In this document: one piece after another, positions 18,524 to 26,800 of the stretch
How positions within the stretch are numbered: position 1 is the first letter of the stretch
How the letters are laid out: the number at the start of each line of letters is the position of its first letter
Sequence record: SRR22947725_1575
Length of the DNA stretch: 59,895 bases
Direction: 5' to 3' (one strand)
The notes under the pieces: generated by a model
The model's input: the letters and a program-made list of their open reading frames with translations, nothing else
Database searches by the model: none
What the model was told of the DNA's origin: nothing
Translations under genes and position numbers: made by a program

Positions 18524-19876
18524 ATGAGCCAGATATTGGTGGAGTGGTTTTACCGCATCCTTCTCAACCTTGGGCTTGTCATATCTGCCCCGTATTACTT
18601 TCGGCGCATGAAACGCCGTGGCGGATGGAGGGACCGCGTAGGTCAGCGTTTCGGAAAGTATGATGCGGATTTCATCAAGCATTGTTCGAAGGGAAAGAGA
18701 ATCTGGATACACGCCGTCAGTGTAGGAGAAGTACATCTGAGCCTGGAATTAGTGAAACGCCTCAAGGCAAGGCTGGGAGACTGCAAAATCATTGTGTCAG
18801 CAACCACTACTACCGGCATGGCAGAGTGGCAGAAGAAGTTACCCCCCGATATTAAAACCTGCTTTTACCCTATCGATCGTCGCCCCTGGGTTAGAAGCGC
18901 CATGGATGTGATTCGTCCGGAGGTCATCATCCTTGCCGAGGCAGAGATATGGCCTAATTTTTTCTGGGAAGCAAGGCAACGCAACATTCCCACCTTTCTG
19001 ATCAATGCCCGCATCTCTGAAAAATCTTTTGGACGGTATCAACGATTAGCTTTCCTCTTCCGTCCATTATTTCAGTCCCTCGCCCAAGTGGGCACTCAAA
19101 ACAAGTCGGATGCGGATCGATTAGCGTCTTTAGGGTGCAGGCAGGATCGAGTGCAAGTAACGGGCAATATGAAATTTGATGCTGCACTTTCAGGAACCAG
19201 AAAGCCCACTTTGGATGTACCTCAACTATTCCATGAGTCAGGTATCGCTGATAATGCTTTGATTTTAATGGGCAGCAGCACGCATCCGGGAGAAGAGGCT
19301 ATCCTGGGGAAGATATACTCCGAACTCAAACCATTACACCCCCGACTGAAACTAGTCCTGGTACCTCGTCATTTCGAGAAGGCACGCGCCGCAGGCGACA
19401 CGCTCAAGGCGGCAAGCCTGAAAGTTTGTTACAGGTCGGAATGGAAACCAGGCACCGATCTCTCAGACAATGATGATGATGCTTGTTTGATAGTCGATTC
19501 TACAGGCGAACTGTCATCATTTTATGCCCACGTGGATTTGGTATTCATCGGCAAAAGCCTGACTGCAAAAGGGGGGCAAAGCCCCATAGAAGCGGCAGCG
19601 GCAGGCACGGCGATGATCATGGGACCGAACATGCAGAATTTCCGTGCGATTACTCGAACGCTTCTCTCGAACAAGGCTGCCTTTCAAGTGCCTGATGCAA
19701 ACGAACTCAAGGCTGCTGTTTCCAAACTATTGAAAGATAGCGATGCTCGCAGCTCTATTGGCAGTCATGCGAAACAGGTGGTCCAACAGAATCTGGGCGC
19801 CGTTGACCGGTCACTCGAGATGCTGGTATCGCATTCGTCGTTGAGTCGATTATGTGAGGCTCCCAAAAGCAAGTGA
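18524..19876 (+). CDS. waaA: 3-deoxy-D-manno-octulosonic acid (Kdo) transferase
   Basis: IWIHAVSVGE, EAEIWPN, NARISEKS, GNMKFD, GSSTHPGEE, LVPRH, GGQSPIEAA, GPNMQNF; ATG at 18524 preferred (track 18464). Confidence 0.93.
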   Translation: MSQILVEWFYRILLNLGLVISAPYYFRRMKRRGGWRDRVGQRFGKYDADFIKHCSKGKRIWIHAVSVGEVHLSLELVKRLKARLGDCKIIVSATTTTGMAEWQKKLPPDIKTCFYPIDRRPWVRSAMDVIRPEVIILAEAEIWPNFFWEARQRNIPTFLINARISEKSFGRYQRLAFLFRPLFQSLAQVGTQNKSDADRLASLGCRQDRVQVTGNMKFDAALSGTRKPTLDVPQLFHESGIADNALILMGSSTHPGEEAILGKIYSELKPLHPRLKLVLVPRHFEKARAAGDTLKAASLKVCYRSEWKPGTDLSDNDDDACLIVDSTGELSSFYAHVDLVFIGKSLTAKGGQSPIEAAAAGTAMIMGPNMQNFRAITRTLLSNKAAFQVPDANELKAAVSKLLKDSDARSSIGSHAKQVVQQNLGAVDRSLEMLVSHSSLSRLCEAPKSK

Positions 19877-20241
19877 CCAGCTCCTGTCATGGTTGAAATG
19901 GAACGATTTCCAGGTGCTTGCGCCACAATGGTTCGTGTAATGCATGCCGTTCCTTCTTGATAGATGATAAATAGAATTATTCTTTTTTTTCTGCCATATA
20001 CATCCTGGAGATTTCTTCGATGATCCAGAATGACTTCATCAATAAAGCTCTCAGATCTCTGTGAAACTATCATCATTTCACCACAAGATGCGTGTGAACC
20101 AGGAACATTCGGCTTGATTGAATGGCAGAGATTCTGAGAGGGAGCCGAGAACTATGAAATCGAGGTAGAGGGAAGAAACGGAGTTTCATAAAGCACATTA
20201 AACAAATCCCACCAACCGAAAGCGAGTGATTCCGCATCACG

Positions 20242-20269
20242 AAAAAGGGCGGTCAAAATGACCGCCCTT
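20242..20269 (-). terminator. Rho-independent terminator
   Basis: aagggcggtca-aaa-tgaccgccctt preceded by an A-run on + (U-tail on -), 10 nt after the stop of the 20280-21158 gene. Confidence 0.75.
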
Positions 20270-20279
20270 GAGGGTTTGA

Positions 20280-21158
20280 TTAAAGCTGATCCTGATAGAG
20301 TTTGAATAGCGCCTGAGTGCCATCATCCTCGCAACCACGGTCAGCAAGTTTTTCATAAAGCTGTTTTGCAAGCTGTAAGCCAGGGAGATCCAGCCCCATA
20401 TTCTCAGCCGAGCCGATGGCGATCTTCATGTCCTTGATAAAATGTTTAACGAAGAAGCCTGGGGCAAAATCTTCTTTGAGCACACGAGGCGCCAGATTGG
20501 TCAGCGACCAGCTTCCTGCAGCTCCACTTTCGATACTTTTGAGGACAGTCTCCGGTTTTAATCCAGATTTCCTGGCATAAGCCATGGCTTCGCTGATGGC
20601 CATCATACCCGAAGCAATCGCGATTTGGTTGCACATCTTGGTGTGCTGACCTGATCCAGCGGGACCTTGAAGCACAATATTTTTACCCATGATCTCGAAA
20701 AGCGGTTTGATTTTTTCAAACACTTCGACATCGCCACCTACCATGATGGAGAGGCGAGCCTCACGTGCTCCGATGTCGCCTCCAGAAACTGGGGCATCAA
20801 ATGAGCTGATGCCTTTGATTTTGGCCTGCTCGGCTATCTTTTGGGCAAGATCCGGGCAAGAAGTCGTCATGTCGATGACGGTACTACCCGGTCTGGCATT
20901 GGTTAAGATACCGTCGTCTCCGAGGTAAACTGCTTCCACATCATTTGGAAATCCGACGATGGTGATGATCACATCTGAAACAGCTGCTACTTTACCCGGT
21001 GAATCCTGCCATTGAGCACCCTTGTCCAGAAGATCCTGCGCTTTGGCTTGCGTACGATTGTGCACGTGCAGGGGGTATCCTGCATTTAATAAATGGCCGG
21101 CCATGCTTCGTCCCATGACCCCGATTCCAATAAAACCAATGACTGGCTTGTTATCCAT
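20280..21158 (-). CDS. NAD(P)-dependent beta-hydroxyacid dehydrogenase (3-hydroxyisobutyrate/tartronate semialdehyde reductase family)
   Basis: GFIGIGVMG Rossmann motif, DAPVSGGD.GA, GSGQHTKMCNQ, GFFVKHFIKD. Confidence 0.9.
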   Translation of the reverse strand: MDNKPVIGFIGIGVMGRSMAGHLLNAGYPLHVHNRTQAKAQDLLDKGAQWQDSPGKVAAVSDVIITIVGFPNDVEAVYLGDDGILTNARPGSTVIDMTTSCPDLAQKIAEQAKIKGISSFDAPVSGGDIGAREARLSIMVGGDVEVFEKIKPLFEIMGKNIVLQGPAGSGQHTKMCNQIAIASGMMAISEAMAYARKSGLKPETVLKSIESGAAGSWSLTNLAPRVLKEDFAPGFFVKHFIKDMKIAIGSAENMGLDLPGLQLAKQLYEKLADRGCEDDGTQALFKLYQDQL

Positions 21159-21212
21159 AATTGTAAGCGTGTGGTTAAGTTGAAATTGATTGACTCCAAC
21201 TGATGTGATTGA

Positions 21213-21977
21213 TCAGTCAGCAGCGCTCAAGCATTTGATGGCGTCTCGAACTTCAGCGGCGCGCTCATAATCCTCTTTTTGAACCGCTTCATTCAGCTCT
21301 TTTTCAAGTTTTTCCCGTTTACTCATCGGACGTGATTCGGATACCTCTTCGAGCCAATGTTTTAACGCGATTAATTCACCATTTTGATCCGCAGCCTCCT
21401 GGGGCATGTGGTCCTTGAGAAAGGTTTGCAGAGCTTCGATACCATCCTGAACATCTGTGATGGCCTGATCGTAATTTTCGCCGTTCAAGGAGATAGCCGA
21501 TACAGCACGCGTGCGCATCAAAAGCAACTGCGGGCTGAGTTGCCGAAGTGTCCAGGACATCTGATCTGAAGGACCGTATTGCTCTACCATTTCGATGGCA
21601 TCAAGATTGCGGTCAGCATCCTGAATCACATCCTCATAAGCCTCCAGCTGAAAGAAACAAATGTAACGATGATGATATTGAATGGCTTCCTGCTGGAGTG
21701 CCACACACTCCTCCTCACTTAATTTGTATTTGGAGTCGTCTCCATCGAATTCGTTTATATGCGATTCAAGCTTTTCAATGTGAAAATCCAATAAAGACTC
21801 CATATCGTGAGGCCTCTGTCCATCGGGCCGCCCCACGGCATGCATTTGGAGGACTCCCAGATCGATACGCATCTGAATCAATTCTCTATCATGCTTGCCA
21901 ATGATCTTGCGAACCATCGCTTTCCCAGGTTCATACACCCAGTCATCAAGCACATGCGATATGTCCAAATCTGTCAT
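21213..21977 (-). CDS. UvrB/UvrC motif-containing protein
   Basis: C-terminal LEKELNEAVQKEDYERAAEVRDAIK UVR motif; N-terminal IQMRIDLGVLQM...GRPDG. Confidence 0.75.
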   Translation of the reverse strand: MTDLDISHVLDDWVYEPGKAMVRKIIGKHDRELIQMRIDLGVLQMHAVGRPDGQRPHDMESLLDFHIEKLESHINEFDGDDSKYKLSEEECVALQQEAIQYHHRYICFFQLEAYEDVIQDADRNLDAIEMVEQYGPSDQMSWTLRQLSPQLLLMRTRAVSAISLNGENYDQAITDVQDGIEALQTFLKDHMPQEAADQNGELIALKHWLEEVSESRPMSKREKLEKELNEAVQKEDYERAAEVRDAIKCLSAAD

Positions 21978-22134
21978 GGGTGAATTCTGACACGATCCAT
22001 TCCCTCAAGTCAATGAACGCTTGATCTTGAATAGATATGCCCCAGGAACATTGCAGATCAAGCTGTTGAGGAGAAAACAGCGCCATTTGGTGTCGACCGC
22101 ATGAAGAAGCAAAGTAAGGGACGAGAAACAGCTT

Positions 22135-23046
22135 TCACATCCACAAGCTGGCTGCCCCCAAAACACCAGCCTGATTTCCCAATGCTGCCTTAAAAACCGA
22201 AATGGATTGTTTCCTGATCAGATTCGCTTGATCCAAATGCGAGCGTATTGACGACGCATAAGCTTCAAAATGGTAATCCATTAAACCGCCACCCAAAAGA
22301 ATGCACTCGGGAACAAAGGTATGGGCCACAGTCCATCCGGCAATCCCCGCTGCTCGGACCGCATTCTGAACAATCCTGACCGCATCTGGTTGCTGCAAGT
22401 TGTTTGCCTCAAAAATGGAGGCTGCATCTTTAAAACCGAATGTTTTGCCTTGAACTGCAATACCTGAGCCCGACGCCAGCGATTCGAGCGAACCATTCAC
22501 CCCTGAATAATCTGCTGGCATATCTGGAAAAATAGGCATCAACCCAATCTCGGGATGTTCACCGTCAAACCCTCGATAAATCTTACTGCCATTCATGACA
22601 GCCCCTCCAACACCGGTACCAAAAGTCAGCATCACGACTGGATCTCTTCCTTTACCTGCTCCAACCCAGCACTCGCCTAACAATGCCGCATCCGCATCGT
22701 TTTCCAGCCGAACGGGCAATTCGATCACCGACTCAAGCGAGGCCACCAGAGATTCATTTTCCCAACCTGGCAGTGTGTAGGGGTTCAGCACGACGCCTGA
22801 ATTCAGATCCAAAGGCCCCGGGCACCCCACACCAAGACCGCGAATGTCGGATATGTCAACGTGATTGGATGCGAGCAGTTCTTTGATGCATTGACGAATG
22901 CGAAGGGCTGCATTTTCCTGCCCCTTGACAGATTCGGTGGGGAGGTTTACTGCCTCGATCAAGCGACCATCATTCCGCACCAAGCCGATTGCCATCTTGG
23001 TGCCACCGACATCGATTCCAATTGCGTAATTCCCAGTGCTTTCCAT
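22135..23046 (-). CDS. ROK-family sugar kinase lacking the Cys zinc motif
   Basis: GIDVGGTK, GVGCPG, LENDADAALLGE, GTGVGGA, LGNQAGVLGAA; no N-terminal HTH. Confidence 0.9.
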   Translation of the reverse strand: MESTGNYAIGIDVGGTKMAIGLVRNDGRLIEAVNLPTESVKGQENAALRIRQCIKELLASNHVDISDIRGLGVGCPGPLDLNSGVVLNPYTLPGWENESLVASLESVIELPVRLENDADAALLGECWVGAGKGRDPVVMLTFGTGVGGAVMNGSKIYRGFDGEHPEIGLMPIFPDMPADYSGVNGSLESLASGSGIAVQGKTFGFKDAASIFEANNLQQPDAVRIVQNAVRAAGIAGWTVAHTFVPECILLGGGLMDYHFEAYASSIRSHLDQANLIRKQSISVFKAALGNQAGVLGAASLWM

Positions 23047-23064
23047 CCGTTTTTCCTGTGGAAA

Positions 23065-25470
23065 CTAATACAACAAAAAAGCGGATCGTCGCTCTATGAA
23101 CAAGTTCAGGTTTTCATTCCAACCACTCTCAATAACATCCAGCTCGGAGCCCGATAAAATATGTCTCTGAGTTGGCTCATCACGCAAAAGTCTGTTGAGG
23201 TTTTTTGTATCCCAAGATTCGGGATAGAGGGCATGAAGGGTTCTGGCGATTTGGACTCCTATTTCGACAGGACGAACCAAGGAACGATCCGTCACGGAAA
23301 TATAAACCCCCTGACAGATCTCATTTTTAAACACGCTTGCACTGGGCGTAAATTGAATGGGAGTAAAAGACACACCCTCGATGCCCAGAGCATTCAATGC
23401 TTCGGCAAATTCCATGTCACGAATGAAAGGCGCCCCCACAACTTCAAATGGCGTGTCCGTTCCTCTACCGACGGAAAGGGATGTGAATTCCAGAATGCCT
23501 ATTCCAGGGTAAAGGATGGCTTCTTTGAGGTTCCTCATATTCGGAGAAGGAGAGGTCCAGGGCTGCCCGGTGGAATCAAAATAAGCCTGCCTTTTCCAAT
23601 CACTTACCGGAATGATCTCGAGATCCAAATCCAATCGCTTTTCATGCATGAACATCAACGCCAACTCACCCACCGTCATTCCGTGCCGAACTGGAATGGA
23701 ATGAAACCCTACAAAATCAGTTTCCCCCTGTAGAACGGGACCTTCCACATCGATACCATTGATGGGGTTTGCACGGTCTAAAACAATAAACTTCAGTCCG
23801 GCCCTGGAAGCGGCCTCCATTGCCAATCCCATCGTAGAAATATAAGTGTAGAAACGGCAACCAATGTCCTGGATATCAAAAACAAGAGCATCCAATCCAT
23901 CAAGATCGCTGGCTTGTGGCTGGCGGTGTTCTCCGTAGAGACTCAAAATCTTCAAGCCAGTTTGGGTATCCACCCCATCCTCGATCTTACCATCCAGTTG
24001 ACCTCGAATACCATGCTCGGGGCTGAAGAGTTTCTCAAGTTGAACATTTTTTGACGTGTGTAATAAATCTATGGTGCTGGTCCTGAAACGATCATGCCCC
24101 GTGTGGTTGGTGATCAGGCCTGTCTTCAATCCCCTGAGCCTTCGAAAACCTTGCTCTTTCAACACATCAATGCCATTCAGGACAGGTTGCCCCACATCAG
24201 AGAATGATTCCGAAACGGAATTGGCGGCAATGGTTGCCAATGTTCGACGCAAGGCAACGACACTACCGTCTTCAGTCGGATGATTCCGGTTGGAAAGAAA
24301 GATCAAAAAGATGTCCGTCTGCGGCACGATCCAGATAGAAGTCCCAGTCCATCCGGTGTGTCCGTATGATCCGATTGGAAAATGGTATCCTCTAGGACTG
24401 GAATAAGGAGAATCAATATCCCAGCCTAAGCCACGTTTTTCAGAGAGGCCTATCGGACTTTGTATACGGGTCATGAGTGAAACTGTATCTGGCTCGAACA
24501 GACGAACCCCTTCAAGCATTCCTTGACCTAGCATCATTTGCGCAAATCGCGCCAGATCAGCGGCGCATGTAAACAATCCCGCATGCCCGGCAACACCACC
24601 CATTCGCTGTGACGTTGGATCATGTACGACTCCCCTCAGGTAGGAATCGTTGAGTTTTGTCGTTGGTGCAATTTTTTCAAGCCACTCAACAGGAGGTAAA
24701 AAGCGTGTGTGCGCCATTTTCAAAGGTTGAAAAATTTCCTCACTCGCAAATTGATGCAATGGTTTGCCACTGACTCGACTCACGATCTCGCCTAACAGGA
24801 TGAAATTGATGTCGCTGTATTTAAACTGGGTTCCGGGAGGTGAGATCAGCGACTCATCACAGGCTCGTCGAATCGCTTCTGGAATTCCTTTCCAGGGTTC
24901 GCGCAGCGAAAGCCCGGGACGCAGGCCAGACGTATGCGTCATTAAATGACGGATTGTGACACTCTCCTTTTGTTTCGCAGCAAAAGCAGGAAGATATTTG
25001 ACAACGGGTGCATCAAGATCGATCTGATTTTTCTCAACCAGTTTCATGATACTGGGCGTGGTAGCAATGACCTTGGTAAGTGAGGCAGCGTCGAAGATCG
25101 TATCCTCTGTCATGACCTCCTCTTTTGGTGCAACGGATCTCTGACCGTAGGCGCGATGATAGCGTTTACCCTGATGCTGGAACCATATCACACCGCCCGG
25201 GAGCTTGCCTTTTTGTATGGCTTGCTCAACAGCTTGATCCAGAAGCAAGAGGTGCCCTGATAGAAAAGTGGAGGATGGACCCTCAGAGGAGCGATCCTGG
25301 ACGCCCATTGTCTCAGTGACTTCAATGGAAGGTATGGAGGTCGTTGCCTTCGACGGCTGGCCAGAGGAAAGAGCTGAAGTAGCCGCTTGGGAGTGAGAAG
25401 CAGTCTGGCACCCTGCCCCGACAAACAATCCCACGATGACCGTGAACCCGTAATGAAAAAATATCTTCAT
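23065..25470 (-). CDS. Lipoprotein: beta-lactamase-like serine hydrolase fused to a NamZ/DUF1343 exo-beta-N-acetylmuramidase domain
   Basis: Lipobox-like VGAGC; SxxK (ASLTK), YSD, GHTG; then GLITNHTG, LFSPEHG, DIQDIGCRFYTY, DRANPI, RHGMTVGELA, PSPN, GRGT (DUF1343); start uncertain (track 25515). Confidence 0.88.
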   Translation of the reverse strand: MKIFFHYGFTVIVGLFVGAGCQTASHSQAATSALSSGQPSKATTSIPSIEVTETMGVQDRSSEGPSSTFLSGHLLLLDQAVEQAIQKGKLPGGVIWFQHQGKRYHRAYGQRSVAPKEEVMTEDTIFDAASLTKVIATTPSIMKLVEKNQIDLDAPVVKYLPAFAAKQKESVTIRHLMTHTSGLRPGLSLREPWKGIPEAIRRACDESLISPPGTQFKYSDINFILLGEIVSRVSGKPLHQFASEEIFQPLKMAHTRFLPPVEWLEKIAPTTKLNDSYLRGVVHDPTSQRMGGVAGHAGLFTCAADLARFAQMMLGQGMLEGVRLFEPDTVSLMTRIQSPIGLSEKRGLGWDIDSPYSSPRGYHFPIGSYGHTGWTGTSIWIVPQTDIFLIFLSNRNHPTEDGSVVALRRTLATIAANSVSESFSDVGQPVLNGIDVLKEQGFRRLRGLKTGLITNHTGHDRFRTSTIDLLHTSKNVQLEKLFSPEHGIRGQLDGKIEDGVDTQTGLKILSLYGEHRQPQASDLDGLDALVFDIQDIGCRFYTYISTMGLAMEAASRAGLKFIVLDRANPINGIDVEGPVLQGETDFVGFHSIPVRHGMTVGELALMFMHEKRLDLDLEIIPVSDWKRQAYFDSTGQPWTSPSPNMRNLKEAILYPGIGILEFTSLSVGRGTDTPFEVVGAPFIRDMEFAEALNALGIEGVSFTPIQFTPSASVFKNEICQGVYISVTDRSLVRPVEIGVQIARTLHALYPESWDTKNLNRLLRDEPTQRHILSGSELDVIESGWNENLNLFIERRSAFLLY

Positions 25471-25525
25471 GATGTTAACAAACAAGCGCATACCATGAAT
25501 CCACCTCAAGTCCAAATGAAATCAA

Positions 25526-25584
25526 ACACCTTAAAAGCAAAACACCCGGCTGCTTGGCAGCCGGGTGTTTTGCTTTTAAGGTGT
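25526..25584. terminator. Long perfect inverted repeat, probable terminator for the EF-hand gene
   Basis: 28-bp perfect arms acaccttaaaagcaaaacacccggctgc / gcagccgggtgttttgcttttaaggtgt with a 3-nt loop. Confidence 0.75.
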
Positions 25585-25600
25585 GAACGATCGATCTTGT

Positions 25601-26476
25601 TTATCGACGTCCTCGTGACCCTCGTCCACTATTCTGTTGATTATTTCGGCCTTGACCAGGGCCGCGACGTTTTTCGTCTTGATCAACTCCGCTGCGTTCA
25701 CCTCGCTCACCGCGTTCGACTTTTTCACCGCGCTCGCCCTTCTCACCCCGTTCACGTCGCTGGCCATCTCGTTCCTTGCGAGGTTTTCCGCTTCGTTGAG
25801 GTCTTCCCTCCTCGAGTTCATCGCTTCCCAGAACACCATCATTATTGGTATCGATTTTTTCAAGCAAGGTAGCCCAATGCTCAGTTGCCTTGACATCATG
25901 TTTGTCAGTGACTTCCTGAAGGGTGATATTGCCATCCTTATCGGTATCATGATGTTCAATGACGCCGTCGACACGTTGATTCAACATTCCGGCGCCGGCA
26001 TCCAAAAGTTCATCCGATGTAATAGTGCCATCTTCATTTCCGTCGAATTGTCCCAGGACATAGCGATGACCACGACGACCGCGGCCTACAGCTTCAAGCT
26101 CTTCCACTGACAGGTTTCCGTCCTGGTCCGCATCCCATCGAGCTAAAATCCCCATCAAACGTTCTTCAATGGCCGCAGCATGCACATCGCTGATTTCAGC
26201 TGCCGTGATGGCACCATCGTCATTGATGTCATATTGAGTGAATAATTTGTCGGAACGTTCAGCTGCATTCGCAGCTACGGCGTCCAGGTATTCCTGCTCG
26301 GTGATCAATCCGTCTTCATTGACGTCCATCTTGGCAAGTTGAAGACCATGCCCCTTCACTTTGTGATCGGGTCGTTTTGGGCCTTGATTCTCATCCTGCT
26401 GCGCCTTGACATGATGAACATTGATCATGCAGGTCATGGCTATCACTGCGATTCTGGCATTCCATTTGTGATTCAT
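25601..26476 (-). CDS. Secreted multi-EF-hand calcium-binding protein
   Basis: Signal peptide (VKA|QQ); six loops DVNEDGLITEQE, DINDDGAITAAE, DADQDGNLSVEE, DGNEDGTITSDE, DTDKDGNITLQE, DTNNDGVLGSDE; GER/RG-rich tail. Confidence 0.85.
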   Translation of the reverse strand: MNHKWNARIAVIAMTCMINVHHVKAQQDENQGPKRPDHKVKGHGLQLAKMDVNEDGLITEQEYLDAVAANAAERSDKLFTQYDINDDGAITAAEISDVHAAAIEERLMGILARWDADQDGNLSVEELEAVGRGRRGHRYVLGQFDGNEDGTITSDELLDAGAGMLNQRVDGVIEHHDTDKDGNITLQEVTDKHDVKATEHWATLLEKIDTNNDGVLGSDELEEGRPQRSGKPRKERDGQRRERGEKGERGEKVERGERGERSGVDQDEKRRGPGQGRNNQQNSGRGSRGRR

Positions 26477-26633
26477 AATATTTTATTTGGTTCTTGTTTT
26501 TGTTTTGGCGCCGGCTCTCTTTCGGACTCCCGAAGGATTCGACGCCTTTGTTTTGATCTTTGTAAGCAAGTTGACTTTCTCGTTCTTGTTACAAAACAAA
26601 TACAAGCAGGGTTGGCACCGTGATACCCCGTCA

Positions 26634-26656
26634 GTTGTCGTATTGAGTACGACAAC
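26634..26656. promoter_or_regulatory. Inverted repeat, candidate response-regulator binding site
   Basis: gttgtcgta-N5-tacgacaac (9-bp perfect arms) in the divergent intergenic region. Confidence 0.4.
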
Positions 26657-26800
26657 CCCTCGACTGATTGAGGATTGTGGGATAGTCAATGGATGGATAA
26701 GATGTTGTTGGGTTACCTCCCCAGGGTGATTTTTTTCACATAAACAACTCATTTCCATATTGTTAAAAAATAAACAGGAAGTCATCTCCCCAAAGGAACC

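Noticed and set aside
25700-25790. GER/GEK low-complexity repeats as collagen-like or DNA repeat element
   Set aside because: Short imperfect run inside the disordered tail of the EF-hand protein
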